A stretch of 64,000 nt of DNA from Eledone cirrhosa. Taxonomy: Eukaryota. Position numbers and translations under genes: made by a program. The DNA lies in the NCBI GenBank assembly GCA_964016885.1, contig OZ024743.1:271932001-271996000 (forward strand), given 5' to 3'. This document shows positions 55,371 to 64,000 of the stretch, piece by piece (the first letter of the stretch is position 1; every line of letters starts with the position of its first letter). Below the pieces are notes generated by a model. That model did not search any database, had not been told where the DNA came from, and was given only the letters and a program-made list of their open reading frames with translations.

Positions 55371-58000
55371 AACACTCCTTATGGAGGCTGTATATATATA
55401 TATACATGCCTTACAGCTAGTTGGTGCAACTAACACTAAAATAACTATGTAAGCAGTCAATAGGTAACAATGTCTGTCTGCAAGCATTGTAGTAGAGTCA
55501 GTAGACAACAGATCTGAATGTTATAGAGCTGATATGACCAATTGAAAACTGTTGAATGATTGAAGGATGCTGTAAGAAGATGACCTTTTAAACTGCAGCA
55601 ATGTTACAGCTACAACAACTGCATTAATGAAATAAAATGAAAAAATACTTAAAAACTGAAGAATTATAATCTTTTAAATTAATAGGTAATGCAGTACATT
55701 TGTATAACATTAGCTTTGGTGAATTGGCAGTATCGGTAGAGGGTCGAACGCCATGCTTTCCAGCATAGCTACGTCCCTTTGCGGTCTGAGTTCAAATCCC
55801 GCCAAGGTTAACTTTGCCTTTCATCCTTACGGGGTTGATAAAATAAAGTACCAGTAATGCACTGCGTAATTGCTGGCCTTGTGCCAAAAGTAGAAACAAT
55901 TATTTGTTATATTCATCCATCTATCAATCATACCTTCACCTCTGATGGAGTCAGAGGGGTTCTATCAAGGCATACTTGAGCATTTTTAAATGGATGAGCC
56001 CATTCCACTGAAGGTTGGGACAGCCAATTTATTTCAGAGTAAGGTACATGCACACATATATATATATACAGAGTGGTGCAAAGTCATGCACTAGTAAAAC
56101 TATGTTATGTAAATAAAATAAAGGATCATTGCCTCTCTTATATAAATGATTTTTCTCATGATTAGGGTAGTGAGTGATGCTTGCGTGTGCGTGTGCGCGC
56201 GTGCGTGCGTGCGTGCGTGCGTGCGTGTGTGTATATATATATCATCATCATCTTTACATGGACATTTCCATGCTGGACATGACGTTTTGAGGCAACGTTT
56301 TATAGCTTGATGCCCTTCCTGACACTGACCCTTTTAACCTATATGCAGGTTGTACCTAACTTGAACTGGCTAGGAAAAGAAAAAGAGATCGAGGAAGAAA
56401 CATATAGGAAGACTCAACCCTCAGTCCAGAACTGGTATTTTATTGACTTCAAAAGGATGAAAAGCAAAGTTAACCTTAGCAAGACTTGAACTCAAAATGT
56501 AGAGTGCTAGAAGAATTGCTGCAAGTCAGGTTTACTCCCAAGTTGTTGTGGAAATATCTGATTAGGATTGCACATGTCTGTACCTTCTTGACCATTGTGT
56601 CATAAGAAACAACTAAACTGAACCCTGTCATTCGACCCACTAGGCTAACCTTGTTTTATTTTAAAATACACTTGTTGTTTGTTCTATCTCAACAATTTAT
56701 TGTTTTTAATTTTTCAATCCCCACCCTTTATACACTCAACTTTTTCAATATCAAATTGCCTGAGACTGCCTCTCATTCTACTGTAGTTTTATGTTATAAA
56801 CACTAGCTTAATGATGACAAAGTTAGAAGTTGCTGGGTTGGCAGAATTGGAAGAATGTTGGAAAAATGCCATTACAGTTTTTGTTCTGACTCTTTTTATT
56901 CTGAGCTCAAATCCCACAAAGGTCAACTTTTTCTTTCATCCTTCTGGGGACTGATAAAATATGATACCAGTTAAACAATGGGGTTGATTTAATCAACTTT
57001 GTCTTTCCTTGAAATTTTTCTGGTCTTGTGCTCAAATTAGAAATCAATGACGACAAAGTTATTTTACTAAAAACATTAACTTTTACATTCTTGATTATTT
57101 TCAAAATTCATTTTATCATATAGGCTGTGTATTTCATTTAAAACATCTGGTAGTAAAAGTGTTAAGTCACTGTAATCTAAGAGATAATTCCACCTGAATG
57201 GGCAGAGATGTCTGATAGATCACATGAAATACAAAAGATATCTGAGCTGCTGTAGAGAACCAACAGACTGTATGGCTGGAGTAATAAAAAAAAATAAAAA
57301 CACTACACAAAAAGGGAAAAATATAGAAATTGCTATATGTTCTTGTAAACAGTGAATTAACTGAGTTATTAAAACAATAGAATGCTTTGCAGTATTCATT
57401 CCAACTATGTGCACTCTAAGTTCAAATCCTGGCGAGTTCAACTTTACCTTTCATCTGTTTGAGGTTGATAAAAAAAGTACCAGTTCAGCACGTGTTGATT
57501 TGTCATCTATATCTCTTTCTCACTCTCTCCTTCTATTGAAGAAATCAGCTGTGTTCAGACTTGGAAAGGGGATTGCCTCCACCAAGTTTTAAATGCCCAA
57601 TGTCACTACAGAAATGATGGGGTCATACATAGCAGGGTCAATTCTTCCTCTATATCTCTTACTTACCTCCTCTCTGTCACTCTATCCTTCTCTGGAAGAA
57701 ATATGGTGTGTTCAAGTCAGGAGAGGAGATGGGCTCTGCCAGGTTTAAAATGCCCTAGACATACAGTATATCAATACAGCACCCCTTCAACTCCATCACC
57801 ACACACACACACACAAAATGTTACAACATCAAATCTCAAAATAGTTAGTTTGTATCTTTTACAATATTACAAAGTAATATTACATTAAAGTTATCTCTAA
57901 TCAGATAGAGATGTTGAGATAGTTCTTCAAGATCAATTATAACAGAACCAAAGGACAAGTGTTATATCGATCCATTATAAAACATTGTTTTTCTGTTTGT

Positions 58001-58247
58001 TTAACGCTTTCATTACCATACTTTTATCAAAGACACTGCTTATGACTTCCAAATTTTGAAAACAAACAAAAGTTTGTAGGGATTTAATAATATAGCTAAC
58101 TTTATTATTAAGCTGATGTTTGAAGTGTAACTTAAATTTTTCTTTGATAAAACTATGATGGAAGGATTAAATTTGAATATAAACACAATCAGCTTTGTAT
58201 CATCAAACCAAGGGTGGTTTTAGGCAGTTTGGTATCAAAAGGGTTAA
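58001..58247. mobile_element. piggyBac-type (TTAA) MITE; diverged inverted sister copy at ~58260-58521
   Basis: TTAA-CGCTTTCATTACC ... GGTATCAAAAGGG-TTAA. Confidence 0.6.
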
Positions 58248-58999
58248 TTAAAACACTGTATTATTCTTTTGATTACCAACCTACCCAAGACACCTTTGGT
58301 TTTCATTAAAAACATTTTTTTTTTAAAGTATGCATATTTAAATTAAAACCACTAACATCATGCTATACAAAACCATTTTGTTAGGTTATATTCCAAATAC
58401 CTACTTAATAATAACAAAGTTATTAAATTTACTAATTCTTTCTAAAGTTTTGATTAATTTCAAAATTAATTTAAACATATAAGTACCATACTTCATCAAA
58501 AATATAGTCCTAAACAGTTAACATAGCAATTATTAATTAAATTAAAAAGCAACCATAGTTACTCATGTATAATGTGAGAAATTTAATACATAAAATTGGA
58601 ATCAAAATGGCATGGATGGGTAGTATTATCTTATTCAACTGTTTAAGGTCCTCATGGACTCCTTTTCAAAGCAATATTTTACAGTTGATTGCTCTTCCAG
58701 ACACCAATACTTCTAAACATCTACATAGAAATGAAGGTACTGAAGGTGGTAGACCTGAGACATCCAACAACTAATCTATAAATGTCATTGCCTGGTATAT
58801 GAAACACTGTATTTATAGTGTCTACCTCCAACGGCAATTGTTAATTTTGTTAGCACATTGGTGCTGTGTGGTTATACAGTCAATTGTTTAAGAGCGATTA
58901 TTTTATTTGAAAGATTTCAGTTTAAAACTTGTAAGTTACATTTTTGATGCATGTTATTAGTAAAAATATATTCATTATATGCATGATTCAATGGCTGTG

Positions 59000-59350
59000 C
59001 AATGATAATATGAGAGAACGACAGAGCTTGTTTAACTGAGAGAAAAACTGGGTATAAAAGGAATCAGAAGTAGTGTACAACAGAGAAGACTGCATTGGTA
59101 TGGACATGTGGTGCATATGGATGATGATCACTGGGTGAAGAGGTTTCCAAAAGACCCCAGTGGAAGGAAGTCACAGTATAGGAAAATCAAGGAAGACCTG
59201 GGCAGAGGTGGTGAGAGCTGATCTAAAATTGCTGAAACTCACAAATAATATGAGGAAACAACCCGACAAGTGGAGAGTTGTTGTGCTCAAAAGAACCCAT
59301 CCAACCCATGCAAACATGGAAAAGCAGATGTAAAAACGATGATGATGATG
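59000..59350 (+). mobile_element. Old RTE 3' end
   Basis: LREKLGIKGIRSSVQQRRLHWYGHVVHM...RKTWAEVV, followed by a TGA tail. Confidence 0.8.
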
Positions 59351-59596
59351 AAAACACTTTAATGATTTCTAATTTAAACACAAGGCTATCAATGTCTGGG
59401 GCAGGGGAAAGTTGATAAAATCAGCCATAGTACTTGACTGGTACTTTGTTTTATCAGCCTCAAAAGGATAAAAGGCAAAGTTGAAGTTGGCAGAATTTGA
59501 ACTCAGAACATAAAGAGCCAGAGCGAATAACTCAAGGCATTTTGTCTGATGCTCTACCGATTCTGCTAATCCACAACCCTTATATATACTTATAAT

Positions 59597-59960
59597 AAGA
59601 GGTGCTTATACTGCAAAATTCAAACTTTATGTCATAGAATTTGCTGAAAAGAATGTCAAATGTGCAAGTTCTAGAAATTTGGTATAGTTGGCAGCAATAT
59701 TAGGTTATGGGGAGAGAGGGGAAAAATATAAACAAATTACAAGAAAACGCTAAACAACAAGGGTAAAGCTAGCTGACTATGCAGAACTGGAAAAAGAATT
59801 GGCTGAATGGATGAAAGACAAAGGTAAAGATGGATATATTGTAACAATACTGCATATAAAATTACAAGCAGAGAAAATGTCAAACGATGAAAAATACATT
59901 TTCAAAAGAGTGTTGTAGCAGATTCTTCTGAAGGCATTCTTTAGCTCTACACCAGAGATT
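59597..59960 (+). pseudogene. pogo/Tigger transposase N-terminal relic (Brinker-type DBD + CENP-B HTH)
   Basis: RGAYTAKFKLYVIEFAEKN....SR(fs)KFGI...NIRLW and AELEKELAEWMKD..KDGYIVT..HIKLQA. Confidence 0.7.
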
Positions 59961-60617
59961 GAAGGTCTAAGTTAGGGGTAAGGTCATGAGTTTAATTCCT
60001 GGCAGTGCCTTTTGTTCTTCAGCAACACACTTTATTTCACATTGCTCCAGTCAACTCAGCTATAATTCTAGAGGGCCAGTCTTGTCATACTCAATCTCCC
60101 TGACAACTACGTTAAAGTTAATTATGCCTGTGGAAGGCTTAGTTACTTGCACGCTAATCTAATGAACTGGCTGTTCCATTGATCAAACAACTAAAACACT
60201 TGTTAGAATAAATAGATGTCCAAGGACAACACACCAAAAAAAATCACAAAATTTCATAAAGTTTTGTTTTTTTCTATCTGAATGATAAATGATAAATAAA
60301 TATAATTTCATTGATATATGGGTTTCTCTTGGTCTTCTTCTACTGCAGCTTCCCTAGGACTTTTTCACCCAATGATCATATACACTAGTGTAGTCTTCTC
60401 TCTTGCACACTACATTTGATTCCTTTTATACTCAGGTTTTCTCTCAGCTTATCTACGATTTGCTGTTCATGCACATTAGCATCCCACATCCATTGAAGCA
60501 TACTCCATTTCTTCTCTACAGCCCTTGCATATTTTCTGCATTCACTCCCCATGTTTTGCTTCCACGTAACACACATGAGCCATTGTTTATACACATACAC
60601 ACAATATATATATATAT

Positions 60618-60962
60618 GGAGACACATGGCTTAGTGGTTAGAGCATTGGGCTTGCAATCGAAAGGTTGTGAGTTCAATTCTCAGACCGGGTGATGTGTTG
60701 TTTCCTTGAGCAAGACACTTTATTTCACATTGCTCCAGTTTACTCAGCTGTAGAAATGAGATGATAGGACTTGGGTCCATATCATTCCACTGCAAAGTGG
60801 TCGTGGAGGTGCCACGGCAAAAAAGCACCCAGCACTCACTGTAAATGAGGTTGGTGTTAGGAAGGGCATCCAGCTGTAGAAATCAAGCCAGAATCAGTTC
60901 CCGTCCCACCCTTGCAAGCAGGGAAAAGTGGACGTAAAATGAAATGATGAATAAATGATGAT
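60618..60962 (+). mobile_element. SINE family A, full length
   Basis: Near-identical to 862-1220. Confidence 0.88.
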
Positions 60963-61379
60963 ATATATATATGTGTTTCTGTGTGTGTATGTGTCATTGA
61001 ATAAAACAGAGCCAGACTTTGATCAGTTACACATTCTAGCTTGACTGACAATTTTAATTGAATATTGTATTTTTGTTAACACAACCATTAGCAAAGTTTT
61101 AATTAGTGTGTTGTCTTACTTAATCAATATCAATGGTAAAAATAGAAAAGAATTTAGTCTTCATTAAATAGATATCAATGTCACAGCATTATAAACAGTT
61201 CAACTAAGAGAAACAAGAATGTTGTTGTTGTTACTTAGTAGATTTGGTCAATACTGTTTACATGAAGATGTAACTCAGAAGGAAGCTGATTAAATAATTC
61301 TTCAATAGGCATCCTAGCAATGACTGATTTATCATTATTGAACAGTACACATTCCTTGAGGAAAACTATGTTGACATCA

Positions 61380-61820
61380 GTCACAGAGGTAGATGTTACA
61401 ATGACAACCTTGTTTGTATTGTAGAGTATACTTCCTTAAAGGTAAACTACCTTCAAATGTATCACAGAGGTAGATGTAGCAATGACAAGCTTGTCTTTAT
61501 TGCAGAGTACCCTTTCTTAAAGGTAAACTAACTTGTAATGAGCCACAGAGGTAGATGGAACAATGACAACCATGTCTTTATTGTGGAGTTTACTTTCCTT
61601 AACCCTTTAGCATTTACATTATATATACTATTGTATTTTTGGGGTAAATTATCTCACATAATATCAAATCTATGAGATTTTGATATTATTTATTTTGAGA
61701 GAACGATACCTTTATGTTGGTATGAGGGGCCAGTTACAGCTGGTTTAGACAGAAAGAGGTGAGAGAATTCTGGCTGGATATGGCCATTTTAAATGCTAAA
61801 GGGTTAAGGAGAACTAACTG
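61380..61820. repeat. Three ~80-bp tandem units, the third split by a TTAA MITE
   Basis: CACAGAGGTAGATG at 61383, 61464 and 61544. Confidence 0.8.
61603..61803. mobile_element. piggyBac-type MITE
   Basis: TTAA-CCCTTTAGCATTTA...TAAATGCTAAAGGG-TTAA; perfect TIRs and TTAA duplication. Confidence 0.88.
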
Positions 61821-63049
61821 TCAATTTGTATATATATATAATCATTGTTTTAATATCCACTTTCTCTGCTAGCAAGAGTTGGACAGTTCTACATAGACCA
61901 AGTCAGTCCTGAAGCAGCGGCTACTGATCTCCCAGACAAGCCAAGGATCTGTTGTCTTGCTTATGAATGGTCTCACATTTTACAATGCATATGGGGAGAT
62001 TGTCATGGCTTTGACAGAATTGAGGGTCCTCCTAACCCTTTGTTTAGCAAGCTTTCTATGGCAGAATGCCCTTCCTATCACCAACCACTTTACAACATCT
62101 ACTGGGTGTGTTTATTGTGTAGATCACCAACACTAATGAGGCTGCCACTTCTTGACACAACTGAATGGTCTTGCCAACCCTTTGTTTGGCAAGCTTTCTA
62201 CAGCTGTTTGCATAAATGTATACCCCACCCAATCCATACCAGCATGGAAAAAATTGCCATAAGAAAAGATTATATATATATGTGTGTGTGCATGCATGTG
62301 TGTGTAGATACACATGTATGCATACGTATATATTAGGGTTGTACCAATTAATCGTTTTTGATAATCAGCCATTATTGTTTATTCTCATTATTATTGATAA
62401 TATAAGAAACCATTATTGATATAACATGAAAACCATGAGTGATAGGAAAATTTGCAAAACACACTGAATTTAACATTTAGAGATACATAAGAAACATATT
62501 TCCTTGAAAACATAATCTAAGCCCACTAGAAATTACTTGGGACTATATAGGGCGTATAACTCTCTGTAGGTTAAAGGGTGTCAAATTAGAAGACAGACCC
62601 TTCTATCTGAAAGGATATGTATTTAATTGATCTTTTTAAAAGGAATTAATTTTAAAATTTATCCCTAAATTCCCACCCCCTCCTTGCCCAACCATGACAA
62701 CATGAAAAACCTGGCTCACACCACAATACTACCAGTCATTATTCCCTAAGACCATCCCTCCATCCATGGGTTAGTAACAGGCAGCCTACATCCTGCTCAC
62801 TCTCCCTACCCACTCTTTATCACGGTCCTTCCAGCCTGACCAAGAATACAAGTGCCCTAGGGTTCCACAATAAAAAGCACTTAGTCAACCCAGTCAGGTG
62901 GTAGTGGTAATGCCATGAGAAAATGAACCTGGTACATGGCATGAAGTGGTTGGCATTAGAGAGGACATCCAGTCATAAAAACCAAGCCAAAATGGTTTCT
63001 ATTACTACCACGTCCAATCCTCTACAACAAACTCATCACAGTCAAGAGA

Positions 63050-63290
63050 TCATGTGGTTGTATTATCATCAATTCTAAGCCCTAGGAACAATACACAGAA
63101 GACAGAAAAGCATGTTGATATATTAAAATTGGTGTAAAACATTTTGAAGAAAATCACTAGCGAATTGAGGACAATAAAAGGCTATGACCAACTCCAGCCA
63201 AGGCTACCAGCAAACATCAAATGTGACCCATGTGGACAATTTCCTTTGCAAAAATCGACTTTGCCAGTCACCAAAAGGCAGTCATAAATA
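63050..63290 (+). mobile_element. RTE (BovB-like) C-terminal zinc-finger relic
   Basis: GVKHFEEN...IEDNKR...CDPCGQ(fs)FAKIDFASHQK. Confidence 0.5.
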
Positions 63291-64000
63291 AGGAAATTTA
63301 TAAGAAAGAAAAATATACAGGATATGAAGAAAAGCCACCGTCCTCAATAATCATAATTTTATACTTATTTCATGTTTTATCAAATTTTATGTGCATTTTA
63401 TGTTCTTGCACTTAATGTATGTCCTTGCATTTTATATAACTGTTTGTCAAACCTTGCATGTATTATAATCCCTATATTTATAATGTTTATTGTATTATAA
63501 GTCCAAGCCCTTGCGGCTAATGAAGAAATCATTATTATTGTTGTTATTATTATTTGAGGCTTTCTAATCCTCTCCCCCAACACACCTCCCTGGGGTTCTA
63601 ATCTCTCTCACATAGAAATCAAATTAGCTTTTATTTTTAGGCATTGCTTTCTTTTTACTGCAGCAATTACTAGTAGGATATTAGGATAATCATGTTTTTG
63701 ATTTTTATATTTTTTCTCTGAGGAGCTGATTTCATTACTGGCTGCTGGCAACACTGGCAGATTTTTGGCAGCCTGTTAACTCCTATTTCAAAATAATCTA
63801 AGCGAAATTAAATAAGTGTTTGCAATATCCGATACCTGTACGCAGTTACTGAGTGCTGTATGTTGGGCTTCTTTCGAAAATGATTATAATAATGGTTGCA
63901 TATCTTAGCCCTTTCATTACCATATTTCTAATGAAAGATATTGCTTATAATTTTCACATCATTTGGAAAATAATCAAGACTGGGGAGATATAGTAATATA

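Noticed and set aside
58560-58800. Candidate first exon of the PGAP2-like gene
   Set aside because: The minus strand shows no Frag1 N-terminal TM/THC-like motif or convincing splice pair.
30893-64000. Antisense orientation bias of intronic LINEs
   Set aside because: RTE pieces occur on both strands and the sample is too small.

Overview
AT-rich, repeat-saturated animal genomic DNA, most likely a coleoid cephalopod such as Octopus (inferred from kb-long (TA)n/(TACA)n arrays, RTE LINEs with (TGA)n tails, tRNA-CORE SINEs sharing the RTE tail, and Penelope-like elements). Almost all long ORFs in the track are microsatellite artefacts. The one host gene I can support is a minus-strand PGAP2-like (Frag1/DRAM/Sfk1 family) gene. 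I reconstructed four exons with GT-AG sites and matching phases (47550-47286, 41732-41629, 39020-38912, 30892-30720); its 5' exon(s) were not found in the window. The rest is retroelement and DNA-transposon debris: RTE, CR1/L2-group, R4/Dong, CRE-like, Penelope, Helitron, hAT, piggyBac-type and pogo. There are also satellites and fold-back elements. The most interesting layer is non-coding: a set of minimal type-I hammerhead ribozyme motifs. These include a 466-bp 1.1-mer unit with a well-formed hammerhead (retrozyme-like, 14038-14552) and a ~420-bp spacer-less palindrome with a hammerhead in each arm (17328-17748). The dominant RTE family also carries a PHD-type zinc finger inserted inside its reverse transcriptase.
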